NCBI RefSeq assembly: GCF_006345805.1
Contig: NC_042999.1
Span: 51,584,001 to 51,648,000 of the forward strand
DNA length: 64,000 nt
Direction: 5' to 3'
Origin: Octopus sinensis
Taxonomy: Eukaryota
Made by a program: the position numbers and the translations under genes. Each line of letters opens with the position of its first letter. Position 1 is the first letter of the stretch. Positions 26,010 to 38,663 of the stretch are shown here, piece by piece. The notes under the pieces were generated by a model. The model worked only from the letters and a program-made list of their open reading frames with translations. It made no database searches and was not told the DNA's origin.

Positions 26010-26799
26010 AAACGAACGTCAACTTTATATCTACAATAAATGTATAGGAGGTTTTAAGCATTTAAAATATTTACTATTAGTTCAAAGAATTGAATATTCA
26101 ATTGCAATGAATATTCATCATATGCGAAGGAATCAATAATGAAACGTTCATTAATTCAGATCAGCAGTTTTATTTATTCCATTCTTTGAATGAGTAACCA
26201 TAAACGATAAGGCAACCATTCCTGTTCCATTGGATTCTTCAGACTCTGCTGGTCAGCATTAAAAGGCAGCTGCGAACAAAACGCTACTGAAAGCTGCCGC
26301 CATTATAAATCGGAAACTATACTAAACGAACGCTGGAAAATAGTTTAGAAACGAACATTTAAATCTATTGTCAATATTCTTCACAAATGAAATGACTATA
26401 GAAGTCATTCCGTAAAGCTGAATGGAATTAAAGAATTACAAATATAAATATTCAAGAAATATTTTTATGAAGAAATGAAGTGTGCACACGTAGTTTACAC
26501 ATTTCATAGAAGGAAATCTATTGAGGAAAACTAAGGACACGAATTGCAGAAAAAGAAAATCGAATGGTAAAACAAAAAAACAAAACAAAACAAAAAAACA
26601 AAAAAAAAAACAACTTTAGAATATTAACCGAAAGTAAATACTAGAAAGTAAAATGATAAAAACTTAAGTTTTCAAGCACTTAAGAATAAACACTTGAAGG
26701 ATTTCGTCTTTGTATTAGGTTATCTATTTTGGTCGATAATTTCTGTCACAACGAAGCAGTAACCATTTGAATATTGTACGGTGATTGATAAACTCATCA

Positions 26800-27130
26800 T
26801 AAATATATTCTAGTTTGTAACCTAGTGGACATGATTAGCTCCTCACCTACTGATAAATCGATCATTATATTCACTAGTTCCTTACAGATTAATTGATCAT
26901 TCAATTTACCAAGACTATCATAGTCTTTGATATATTTATGTCTGAAATTTCCAAAGAGAATTTGACTAAACCTTATTCCATGTTAGGCCTTTAGCATTCG
27001 CTTTATTCATTTAATTTTAACGAAGAAGAATATATTGTCTCTTAACCAACATAAAATGGTTGCAAATACTATAGCCGTTCCCTTGCTTTGTTTTAAAGAA
27101 ATCAATAGAGTCATTAGGAAAGAGCTGAAA
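26800..27130 (-). mobile_element. Degenerate R4-like RT relic
   Basis: HKYIKDYDSLGKLNDQLICKEL resembles YKYLG.DE...G.LN..I.KEY. Confidence 0.35.
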
Positions 27131-27559
27131 CATTCTCTAACAATATTATTAGCGAGGAAACATTAATGACAACATTAAATTAGCGACACAACTGAAGCAG
27201 AATGTACGAAGCAGATAAAAACAGCAGTTATTGTGAGTTTATGATGAGGCATTTAAAAGATATTGGAACACATATTAGCAAGCCAAAGAAAAAAATAACC
27301 CCCCGAAAAAAGAGTGTTTTTGTAAGTGAAATACAACGAAAGCGTTTTTAGACTCGGCTGTGTATCTCTAAATACATTTGACCATGTTTTCTAGAGATAA
27401 TCTGGTTACTTTGGCCATGGCGTTAGTTGTATTATTTACTCAACTTTTCAATTAAATCTCACGTTTCCTGTCACCTATTTAGTTGTGACAGGCCTCCATC
27501 TTGGCGACAGCCCAATGACTAAAACAAGTAAATGATAAAAAAATAAAAGTAATCTGTTG

Positions 27560-27930
27560 GGCGAGATTATTCTCATTGAAATGATGTGAGATGCAAACAT
27601 CGAGTCTGCCGATGTAATCAAGGTGATATCCAAATCACGTTTTGGCTATTTGGAGAATATTTGCGATCATTTCGGTCGTATAATACCGGTTAGTTTCGCT
27701 GTTAATTTCAGTTAGCCGGCTAAAGCGATATGCATCTTTAACCGGAAAAACTCCCTATCGAAATCTTTAAGCCACTTCTGGCTCACACGTTCCGTAACAG
27801 CATCTTCTCCGTACACAGCGCATAATTTCCTCTAGGTTTCCACTGCTTTCTTGCCTTTAAAATTCATGACGCATCGATAATGTTTTATTTTCCTGTAGCA
27901 GATTCAGAATATTTTCTGAGAATATGCACT
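27560..27930 (-). mobile_element. Mariner transposase N-terminal relic (second mariner family)
   Basis: The minus frame FKGKKAVET*RKLCAVYGEDAVTERVSQKWLKDF resembles the Mos1/Hsmar-type HTH. Confidence 0.72.
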
Positions 27931-27989
27931 TTCAAGTCTTTTTTCAAAATTGCAACCGTTTGATGTAAAATGTTCGGCAAGCGTACGAG

Positions 27990-28100
27990 TTTAGTGTACG
28001 CAGCAGAATGCACCAAATACAACTTGATTTATGTTGGTTGTACAACAGAACAGTTAAACAAAAGATCCATTGAGTACAGATATGACATCAGGCACGTATT
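27990..28100 (+). mobile_element. Penelope-like element GIY-YIG endonuclease fragment
   Basis: VYAAECTKYNLIYVGCTTEQLNKRSIEYRYDIRH matches the VY...C....YVG.T...L..R..EH..DI pattern. Confidence 0.55.
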
Positions 28101-28104
28101 GTCT

Positions 28105-28400
28105 ATTATTATTATTATTATTATTGAGTGAGAGAGCAGTGCATGCCATCAAAGTGACACTGGGGTAAAATATACGAAGCCCAGTATACCCATCATGACT
28201 ACCCGTCTGATAAGGGTACACCAGGCACATGCATCACAACCATATGTGCGCGGCATGATGATCTCATATCAAAATAAACAGCACATGACCTTGCAGGTGG
28301 GGCCCAGTTAGAATTTTCTTCAGGTTGAGTAGCCCATCCTGCTCAAAAGGTCCCTGAATAAGGGTTGTTTAAGGATGTTGAAAGAACCACCCAAGAACCA
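28105..28400 (-). mobile_element. Dispersed retroposon family C with (TAA)n tail (SINE or LINE 3' UTR)
   Basis: Homologous to 29672-29950 (catgccatcaaagtga...cccgtctgataagggtacaccaggcacatgcatcacaacc). A (TTA)n run lies at the left end. Confidence 0.7.
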
Positions 28401-28402
28401 CC

Positions 28403-28403
<1 letters not shown>

Positions 28404-28455
<52 letters not shown>

Positions 28456-28900
28456 ATTTTTATCATAGATTTTGTTGGAGTTTCTGGAGTCTTGCATGCG
28501 TAGTGGGCTTACTACCTGCAGCCTACGGTGCCATGCTATTCGTTCTTTCCAGCTATCTCATACTTTCCTGATTATTCTGGCCGTGTCAAGGAGGCAAAAC
28601 TTTTGTAACAGTTCTACTGGACACTCTATTCCAATTTCCTTTATATTCCTCTTGATGCATTCTTATACTATTCCCAAGGACCCAACAATAATTGGCACTA
28701 CCTTCACCTTCATTTTCCATAACTGGGCTATTTCGAACTTAATAGGGTTGTAGTTATCTATCTTTTCGCCTTCCCTTTTGACTATTCGTGGGTCAAAGGG
28801 ACATGCAGTATCAACTATATAGCATATGTGGTGCATCTTGTCCACCACCACTGGGTCTGGTCTGTTATGTTCCGGCACCACTATTATTTTTCGACATCTC
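28404..28900 (-). mobile_element. R4/Dong-like 3' fragment, subfamily a, with (TAA)n tail
   Basis: HNRPDPVVVDK...IVDTACPFDPRIVKREGEKIDNY...VVPIIVGSLG, closely similar to 5850-6310. (TTA)n at 28404-28456. Confidence 0.87.
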
Positions 28901-29390
28901 ATAATTTCAAGTAACTTTCTATTGCATCGCTTGCTGCACTTTTGTGCTGGTGAGTGTTGTTTGTTCTGCATTTTCTCTCCTGGAGATTACTGTATTGCAT
29001 CAGTATGTTTTGTTACGGGTTTTGGCTTGAGTCGTCTGTTGTATTAATTTTTGTATTGTGTGTTGTTTGTGCAGTGCAGGTTTTGTTCTTCTGTTGGGTG
29101 TCCGGCCTCTATGTCACATGTGGACGATGTTGATTTTATTGGGTATTTACATAGCCTCGTATGTGTTTGCAGCAGAAGTATTGCATAGTAGTGTGTGTAA
29201 ATCATAAATCAACCGTTACATCGTATTCATGATTATCTGTTCATCGTTCTTTGTTTGTTTGGTTTTGTTATGGGTCAGTCTTTACAACGTTTACTTTTTG
29301 GCAGATCACCGCTTATGGACATGTGTTGATGTTGCTTTCGTATTTATGATTATTGTTGACGTACAAGCGAGAGACCGAGAAGAAACACCA

Positions 29391-29445
<55 letters not shown>

Positions 29446-29569
29446 ACTTGTATAGATATGAAAGCATAAGTAATTAAAATTCTAAAATTCTATTCACATG
29501 GTTGCAGTTTTCGTACTGAACTGAGTTTTATGCCCATTTCCTTTATCCAAACGGTTCATTATTATTATT

Positions 29570-29950
29570 TTATTCTATTTGCACAGCTTCTAACGCTGGA
29601 GATGTACTACGGTGTCAGCTGTTCACTACCAGTAAACTAAGGTACCACCCCTTATTTTTTGAGCATCATCCGAGAGCAGCACATGCCATCAAAGTGATAC
29701 CGGGGTACAAATATACGAAGCCAAATATACTCATCTTGACTACCCGTCTGATAAGGGTACACCAGGCACATGCATCACAACCGTATGTGCGCAACAAGGT
29801 GATCTTATATCAAGATAAGCAGCGCATGACCTTGCAGGTTGGAGCCTAGTTAGAATTTGCTGCAGGTCGAGTTGCCCACTCCACTCAAGAGGTTCCTGAA
29901 TAAGGTTTGTTTAAGGATAATGAATGAAAAGCCCATGTTTCCTGAGATGA
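29570..29950 (-). mobile_element. Chimera of family C repeat (29672-29950) and the terminal ~100 nt of R4 subfamily b (29570-29672)
   Basis: 29580-29670 matches 30257-30355 (ctggagatgtactacgg...cagctgttcactac) and the remainder matches 28130-28380. Confidence 0.75.
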
Positions 29951-30205
29951 ATTATTCAAACTCCAAAGAACTCCTCTCAACACATGCCTATGATGCTCCC
30001 CAGTTACTTCTGCTCTTGATCAGAGATGCACATATCGTCAGCCACTAAGGGACATGCGCAACTGACAAGCAAATCTGTGATATTGAACAGAATATTTGCT
30101 GTAGCCCATCTTTTATAACAAGACAAAATAATGTACATGATAACATTTCCAATCAGTTAAGATCAGAAGCCATGAGACACAATGCCTGGTACTGCATCAG
30201 GACAT

Positions 30206-30211
30206 TTATTA

Positions 30212-30256
<45 letters not shown>

Positions 30257-31910
30257 GTCTTTGCATAGCATCTAGCACTGGAGATGTACTACGGGGACAG
30301 CTGTTCACTACAAGTGAACTATGGTAACACTCCTTATTTTTCGAGCACCATCCGGAGTATTCGAGCGGTTCTAAGCAGTACTGTTTTCTGCAAGTGCTTC
30401 GCCCTTAGTGCAGCCCCTATTTGTTCCATGTACTTCTCAAAATTTTGAAACATTGTTCCCATGGCTCCAACAATTATTGGTAGTACTTCTACCTTTTTCA
30501 TCGACCACAATTGCTTAAACTCCCAAGCTAACCTTTCATATCTATCGACTTTTCTTTCTTCCTTATCGCATACCTTGTTGTCAACTGGGCATACTATATC
30601 TATGATCCAGGATCGTTTGCTTTCTTTCCCAATGAACACTATGTTTGGTTTCCTATTCTCTATCTCATGGTCGCACTGAATCATAAAATCCCATAGGATC
30701 TTTACACTATCATTTTCGATGATGCTTTCGGGTTTATGTTCGTACCTTTTTTTTGCTGTCAAGTCCATACTAGTTGTAAAATGTCCAATGGACAATCCTT
30801 GTTATATGGTCATGACGTCTCTTATTTGCTTTCTGAGCTAGTGGCGTACATTGACTCGTAATATTTCATATGCTTTCCCCATTTTGCCATAAATTTTGCA
30901 CTTATCATTTTGTGATGTGTTGTCTACTTTGTATTTGATGTAATTGATTCCTAATGCTTGCTCTTGGGCAGAAGAGATTAGAGTCTCCGTTTGCGGTTTG
31001 AAATCACTTTCAGCGCTTTATCTTTGCAATCTGCCATCCTACACAAGCCTGACCTTCTTACTTCTAATGATAACGGTTCTGTGGCATTTTTTACATACCA
31101 TGCTATGTTGCTTTCTTTTGCTCTAATGCAGTGTTCGCATCCAATCAGTCCTCTTCCCTCTCATTTTCTTGGTACATACAGTCTGTCTGTGTCATGTTTT
31201 GGGTGGAGTATCCCATATCTAGTCAGCAACTTCCTTGATTTTCTGTTTAAGCTGTTTAGTTCGTCTACTGTCCATGCGATTATCCCTGCTCCACATCTAA
31301 GGAGCGAAACCGCCCAAGAGTTGATAGCTTCAATCTTATTCCGTCCGTTTAATTTCGACTTAAGGATCAGTCTCAGTCTGCCCAAATACTCCACCTTAAT
31401 TTTTTATCTCATTTCTTTCTCCATCAGTTTATCCATTTCCAGTATTTCCAAGTACTTATAGCCCGTCTCTTCTATCTGCCTCATAATCTTCCCCGACGGT
31501 ATCGTTAGCCTGTCCATACATTTGATTTTGTCTCTGTTGAAGACTAACACACCACGCTTTTTCAGTCCGAACTTCATTCTCATACCAGCACTGAAAGTAT
31601 ACATCGTATCAAAGAAGGAATTGACATCGGATTCATCTTTACCATAAAGTTAGAGGTCATCCATGAATAATAAATGGCTAACTTTTTTTGGCGGCTTTTG
31701 AATACATACCCAGCTTTTGCTTTCCTCACAATCATACACAGTGCAAATATCAGTGGGGACAGGCAGTCCCCTTGGAAGATGTCTCTCCTGATTTCTATTG
31801 CCCCTAAACCTCTTCTATATGCTGCCAGTTCCGTCCTTCACTTCGCCATACATTTTTCAAGCAATCGCTCAACATTCGAGAATGTGGTATCATTTGGTAT
31901 GATCCCAAAC
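30206..31910 (-). mobile_element. 5'-truncated R4/Dong-like retrotransposon, subfamily b (RT domains 3-7, thumb, RLE)
   Basis: YQMIPHS, IRRDIFQGDCLSPLIF, SHLLFMDDL, GYKYL, KLNGRNKIEAINSWAVSLLR, ILWDFMIQCDHEIENRKPNIV..IIDIVCP and RILRMVLEK*. (TTA)n tail at 30206-30256. Confidence 0.92.
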
Positions 31911-33370
31911 AATCAATCACCTCCTCTTCATGGATGATTTGAAACTGTATGGCAAAGATGAGACACAAGTGAGTTCCTTGGTGGACACGGTCTACTGTTT
32001 TAGTACTGATATTAGGATGGAATTTGGACTCAAGAAATGCGGAGTAATCCACTTAAAAAAAGGTATGGTACAGTCCCTAACAAGGATAGAATTACTGAAT
32101 AGAGGTTTGACTTAGCAAATTGAAATGGAAGGATGCAAATACCTTGGTGTACTAGAGTGCAACGAGATAATGGAAAAGGAAATGAAAGGGCAACCAAGGA
32201 TGGAGTATTTCTGAAGACTGAGGTTGGTGTTATGATCAAAATTGACTGGATGGAACAAAATCCAAGCAGTTAATATGTAAGTTATAGCATCACTTCGGTA
32301 TGGAGCGGGAATTATAAAATGGCAAAAGAGAGAAATGAGGAAAATGGATACCAAGACCAGAAAGACACCGATAGGCTGTATTTGTCCAAAAGAAAGGGTG
32401 GGAGAGATTTGATCAGTTGCCAGGACTGTATCAAAGCAGAGGAAAACAACTCAGGGTGGTATATAAAACATGCCTTGGAGCCACTATTGAAACACAGGGA
32501 GAAGACAGGCGTCATCAAAACGGAAAATTGTGTAAAAAAAGGAAAAATTTAAACAAGAAATGAACAAAGAAAAAAAAAAGAAAGCATGGAAGGACAAGAA
32601 AATGTACGGTACGTCTGCAAGAGATGTGAACACCTAGACAGATACAGAGGTGGCTATGGATGAGGAGGAGTGACCTGAAGATAGAGACAGAAGCACTCAT
32701 ATGCGCAGCTTAAGAACAAGCGTGAAGGACCAACTATATGAGGTGCTGAATAAACACATGCAGAATGTATGGTGAGAGAGGTGAAACGGTATGGCATATC
32801 GTGAGCGAATGCCCAAATTGGGCATAACATGGATACAAAGGACATCATGGCAATATGGCAGGAATGATCCATTGAGAGCTATGTGGAAATCACAGCCTAC
32901 AAAGAGAAAAGATGTGGTATGAGAAAACTTCAGAAGTAGTCACCGATAATGAGAACTGCAAAATACTGTGGGATGGAATGATCCAGTGCAATCACCCGAT
33001 CAGACATCGGAAACCAGACATTGTTGTGGTGAGTAAAAAAGAAAGAACATGTATGATCATCGACATAGCATGCTCAAGTGACAACAGGATCAATGTGAAA
33101 GAAGAAGAAAATATAAACAAGTTTGACAATTTGAAGTGAGAAACATGAAGGTTGTCAATGAAGAGCGTAGACGTGATACGAATAGTAATTGGTGTACTTG
33201 GAAGTATCAGCACTCAGCTACTAACGTAACTGTAAAAGATTGCTACAAACATCAGCATTGCTTGGAACTGCAAGAATTTTTCACAGGTTTCTTGAATTAT
33301 GACCAGTAAACAAGTGTCCCCCCAGTGGAAAGCTGACACTTTCCATCATACCAAGAAAAATAAAAAAATA
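31911..33370 (+). mobile_element. 5'-truncated R4/Dong-like retrotransposon, subfamily c
   Basis: INHLLFMDDLKLYGKDE, DTDRLYLSKRKGGRDLISC and ENCKILWDGMIQCNHPIRHRKPDIVVV...IIDIAC. An (ACT)n run follows at 33392-33435. Confidence 0.92.
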
Positions 33371-33391
33371 AACTGTGAGCTTTCATATGAA

Positions 33392-33435
<44 letters not shown>

Positions 33436-33439
33436 CAAT

Positions 33440-33655
33440 CCTTTCTACTGTAAGAACAAAGCCTCAAATTTTTGGGGAAGGGATTAAGTCGAATACATCG
33501 ACGCCAGTGCGTAACTGGCACTTATTTAATCAACCCCGAAATGATGAACGGCAAAGTCGACCTTGACGAAATTTAAACTCAGAACGTAACGGCGGACGAA
33601 ATACCGCTAAGCATTTCGTCCAGCGCGCTAACGATTCTGCAAGCGCACAGCCTTA
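33440..33655 (-). mobile_element. SINE family A (3' type 2)
   Basis: Shares the family core and head, in reverse orientation. Confidence 0.9.
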
Positions 33656-34597
33656 ATGATGATAATAATATTAGTGATAAGGAGATCGTATGTTCGAATC
33701 CGACTTGAGATTCGAGTGTATTGACAGCGTAACCCCATTACCGAACTAAAAACGAATCGATCTTTTTTCGAATGGGAGGTTACCGCCTTAAAGTTCCAAC
33801 GGGGTAGATTTCAGTTGTTTAACTGTAGACTAGACCCGATCACGTAGATCAATGATCCAGCGTTTTCCATCCGTGGCTCTCTCATGTTTTTGTATATTAA
33901 GATTGTATTATTCAATGCAACTCTCTTTCAATAGTGTGTCATATGAGGGAGATTTAGTTACTATTTCTACTAGGTCGAGGGATGACTTGAAAACTCTTTT
34001 GTTTGGGGTGTATGTTACTTTTGGTAAGATCGAATGATGTGGAATTTTGGATAAAAAGGTGTTGTCAAACGAGAAGAGATGAGGGAATTGGCTTCTATGA
34101 GTTATAAAGTAAAAAAATCGGAGTAAATCTACACATCATGTGATAAGTGGTTTAATAGCAAAAGAAGATTTCTGTAGCTATTTCACAGTATATTATTTTA
34201 CCGTTCTTGGAATTTGTTCATGGAAGCATTTCCAGAGAAGAAGAAATAGCAAAAACCCAAACTTAAAACATTGTAAATAACTTATGCTTTTGAAATATCA
34301 ATATGCTTATTTGTTTGTTACAGTTGCTAAGTAAAGAGAGACCACGTTGCCATCATCTCTCTGCTCTCTTCCCTCCCTCACACACACACTCTCCGCGTCT
34401 CTCTATGTTCTGTGCTTTCAGTCAAATATAATATGTATATATTGAGGTTTTAAAAAGGTGTAAAGCTTAACATACACAGCGAAGTAATTAACACTTTTCA
34501 ATTTTCTGCATTTCTCGAGAGGATCTGCCAAGTATCGCAGCTGCATTTTAAATTCATACACACTTGTTTTAATCAAAATCATACAAAATTTGTATAC

Positions 34598-34765
34598 ATA
34601 CATAGATACATAGATACATACATACATACATACATACATGCATACATACATACATACACACATACATACATACATACATACATACATACATACATACACA
34701 CACACACATATATATGCACACGTACACACTCGTATACATGCATACATACATACAAATATATATAC

Positions 34766-34849
<84 letters not shown>

Positions 34850-34870
34850 ATATGCATGTGTGTGTGTGTA
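34598..34870. repeat. Compound (CATA)n/(TA)n/(TG)n microsatellite
   Basis: Directly visible. Confidence 0.97.
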
Positions 34871-35048
34871 AGTATAGAAAAAAAATTAAAATGCTGTAAA
34901 TTAATTCCACCGTTTTCCGTTAAATTCTAACAGTATTTGGCAAGATCTTATTTCCTGTTCACTCACGCACACACACTTACACTCACTCATCTACACACAG
35001 ACATGCATAGATTTATGTGTGTGTGTGTGTGTGTGTGCGTGTGTGTTT

Positions 35049-35144
35049 GGACGCGTGTGTGTGTGGACGCGTGTGTGTGTGGACGCGTGTGTGTGTGGAC
35101 GCGTGTGTGTGTGGACGCGTGTGTGTGTGGACGCGTGTGTGTAC
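35049..35144. repeat. 16-bp minisatellite (GGACGCGTGTGTGTGT) x6
   Basis: ggacgc recurs at 35049, 35065, 35081, 35097, 35113 and 35129. Confidence 0.95.
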
Positions 35145-35821
35145 GCGTATATGCGCTCCATTTTATGGAGTAATCATTGTTGAATGCTTGAAATTCATTC
35201 TAAGCATTGCACTATTTCATTAAACTTCAGCCGAACATAAAAAAATATTTTAATCGTACATTTAGATGAATATTCCTGCTGTTGCTAAGCAGCCTGCAGT
35301 TCTGGCCATTAAATGAGGCGACATCATCCGATGTTTCGCTCAGCGGTATGTATTACCTTGTATCATAATAACTATTTAATAGATTAATATTTTAATAATA
35401 TAAGTATTATATCGCATTAATGGCTGATGTTGCTGCATATAGTTCAATAGTAAGCCCGTCTCCACAGTGTAGTACTGAACTTTTGGGGAACTGTTTCCAG
35501 GTTTTATGTTTATCTACTACATGCTTGAGGAAGGCATGAATATCACAGACTCATTTCTGTTTCGATAGAAATTGTGCTAATGGTTAGAAGTGAGTGTTTG
35601 GTTGTTATCAAATCTAAAATTAAAAGCAAAGCCAAATATCATCGATCTAATGAGTAAATATCTTATTTGTAAATACTAATATTGAAAGTTCAATTAGAAA
35701 TTGAAGAATTTACAATTATCAATTGTTTACTTGATTGATAATTACATACTGTTCGATGATTCAATAAGCAGGTAGGGGTTGTTAAAAGACTTTCTGTTCT
35801 AACGCCTGCACATGCATTTAC

Positions 35822-35911
35822 GCACACATACACACATACATACATAAACACATACACACACACATACATACATACATACATACATACATACATACATACA
35901 TACATACATAA

Positions 35912-35945
<34 letters not shown>

Positions 35946-36015
35946 ATACATACATGCATACATACATACATACATACATACATGCATAATACATACATAC
36001 ATACACACATGCATA
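35822..36015. repeat. (CATA)n microsatellite
   Basis: Directly visible. Confidence 0.97.
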
Positions 36016-36059
36016 CATATTGGTAGAAAGCTCCAAGATGATAGTAACTTTCATCATCA

Positions 36060-36830
36060 AAGCAGTCTATCATGGACCAATAACCGGGTTGCTACCTCCC
36101 ACTTCAAAGGATATGTGTGCGTTTGTAATCCAGTAACAGGAAGTATCAACTAAATACCTGGTGCACAAAAGGGACAGAGATGCAGGAAAAGCAGCAAAAT
36201 AGGACAACTGATGCAAACATTGTGGAGTTTACACTGAAGATATCATTCACATCATAAGCAGTTGTACGAAAATGTCATAACGGTTATATCTACCGATGAG
36301 AGATGGTGCTGTAACCAGGATACAGCATAATGAGATCCATTGAAAGGATAACCACGAGGACAAAGAAATAAGAACTAACAGTATGGTGGACGAAATAGCC
36401 ATTCATAATAAAAAGGTGTACTGTTGGAATGTCCCAGTGGAAACCTCAATAAAATGTAAGCAAAACACACCTGATATAATGATTTGGGACAGGGAAGAGA
36501 AACTGTGTACTGTTGTGGAAATTAGCTGCCCAGCAGATGTTAACATAAAACCGAAGATCAGTGAAAAAGCGAATGCCTATGCTGAACTGTTGAGAAATCT
36601 GCAGTTACTCTATTCAGATTACACGTTCAGGTTTATACCTGCAATGATTGGGGCCCTGGGATATGTAACACACTGCCTAAATACCAATGTTGAGAAATTG
36701 AGCTTCTCAAAATCAGAAAGGTGAAAGCTGATTTGAAGACTTTAGATCCAATCCATCACTGGAACTGTAAAAATTTGTAAAACCTTCCAGAAGTTTATAA
36801 TTTAAGTGTAGATGAGCATGTCTAGATATT
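36060..36830 (+). mobile_element. R4-like subfamily e 3' portion
   Basis: ORF 36383-36724: WNVPVETSIKCKQNTPDIMIWDREEKLCTVVEISCPADVN...FIPAMIGALGYV. Flanked by (CATA)n on both sides. Confidence 0.88.
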
Positions 36831-36971
36831 CAAGTTTATACATACATACATACATACATACATACATACATACATACATACATACATACATACATACACA
36901 CACACACATACATACATACATACATACATACATACATACATACTACATACATACATACATACATACATACA

Positions 36972-37375
36972 AGGTATGTACCATCGTAGAGGTCAGCTGC
37001 CCTGAAGATATAAATATTTCTTTTAAAACCAAAGAAAAAGAGGATATCTATGGACAACTGCTTCGAAACCTCCAGCTTCTATAACCAGACTATGAATTCA
37101 TATTCATACAAATGATAATTGGGGCACTAGATTTTGTTAATAAATGCTTAAAGGAGAATCTGGATAAGCTGGGATTTTCAGAAAGAGAAACTGACCGCTT
37201 GGTTCGTACATTACAAGTGCAATCTATGAGTGGAACAGTAAAAATATGCAAGACTTTTCTCAAGTTCCAAATGTAAATTCGTCTGTGTTAACTACATCCC
37301 AAAGATGGAGCCTTGTATCTTTGTTGGAAACCGGCTCCCTCCTCAGTGAAAGATTTATAATAATTAAAAAATAGA
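36972..37375 (+). mobile_element. R4-like subfamily e 3' fragment
   Basis: KVCTIVEVSCPEDINISFKTKEKEDIYGQLLRNLQLL...SGTVKICKTFLKFQM*. It begins directly after (CATA)n (36841-36970) and ends in (CATA)n (37381 onward). Confidence 0.88.
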
Positions 37376-37453
37376 AGATACATACATACATGCATACATA
37401 CATACATACATAAATACATACATACATACTACATACATACATACATACATAAA

Positions 37454-37485
<32 letters not shown>

Positions 37486-37489
37486 ATGA

Positions 37490-37995
37490 TGTTACGTGAT
37501 GTCTTAACAGATTTATTTCCTGAAGATATAGCTATTACTGTCCTCCAACCTGGGGATATTTTAGGTGATATCATGTATGATTAATGTGATGGAGATAGAA
37601 TTAACTGTGTCTTCCAGCATGGGATAATGTATCTGATACTTTGTAAGATATATATAGCTTGGAGGTAGAATTACATGTACTCCACTCCAAGCCATAAACT
37701 ATTCAACAGTGACATAGTTGAAGAAATATAGTTATTTAATGGAAAAACTATAACGGTCATTAGTGGAGTTGAATCAGCAGAATATCCATCTACAAAATGA
37801 ATAGTGGAGAGTTTGCATGTCAGCATTAAAATGTGTTTCTGTCCAAAGCAATTCTCAATGGCTTTCTTAGCATTTGATTAATTCCAACACAGAGTTAGAG
37901 TTTATTGGCGAAAGCAGTGGAAATGTTGACATGATTTTCCAGTGAATTCACAGTGTTGAAAATAAAGTTTCAGCGGAGTCCCACATCAGCTTCGA
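37490..37995 (+). mobile_element. Possible degenerate DDE integrase/transposase relic (Ginger/KRBA2-like)
   Basis: The stop-interrupted frame LFNSDIVEEI*LFNGKTITVISG..AEYPSTK*IVESLHVSIK...RSPTSASKG loosely resembles EF.N.VI.EL...W...I.GRPRHPQSQG.VER.N..IK...SP..A.FG. Confidence 0.3.
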
Positions 37996-37999
37996 AGGG

Positions 38000-38062
38000 A
38001 TTCCGGATATACATACATACATACACACATACATACATACACACATACATATATACATATAC

Positions 38063-38158
<96 letters not shown>

Positions 38159-38229
38159 GTATATATATCTGAATATATATACATACATATATACATACAT
38201 ATATATACATATATATATATAATATATAT

Positions 38230-38272
<43 letters not shown>

Positions 38273-38300
38273 GTATATATGTAGATAGATAGATATATAG
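38000..38300. repeat. Compound (CATA)/(TA)/(CA) microsatellite
   Basis: Directly visible. Confidence 0.97.
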
Positions 38301-38384
38301 ATATGTCAAGAAATAAAAAAGAGAGAAATGTATATCCCAGGAGAGTGAAAAAAGATTTTAAGCGCAAAACTGAAAGTAGGAAAA

Positions 38385-38510
38385 AATATCTGCAGTAAAC
38401 ACATGGGTGGCGTCTCTAATACGATATTCTACCGCATTCCTGAACTGAACTAAGGAAGAAATTAGAGACTCAGACTGTAAAACCTGAAAGACAATTATTT
38501 GAGCTATCTG
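38385..38510 (+). mobile_element. Short R4-like RT thumb fragment
   Basis: [33 protein letters not shown] resembles NK..AINTWA.SL.RY.A..L.W.KEEL..LD.KT. Confidence 0.55.
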
Positions 38511-38586
38511 AGTGAGTCTTGAAACAGCTCGTGTAAACAAAACAATAACAACAACAACAACGTATATAATAATAATAATAAAAATG

Positions 38587-38643
<57 letters not shown>

Positions 38644-38663
38644 TAATAATAATAATAATAATA

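Noticed and set aside
26847-26941. 95-nt candidate exon with good splice sites
   Set aside because: The peptide is better explained as the R4 YKYLG...LN...KEY region.
33670-33705. GTTCGAATCC B box suggesting a tRNA gene
   Set aside because: There is no proper A box or cloverleaf; at most a SINE or tRNA fragment.
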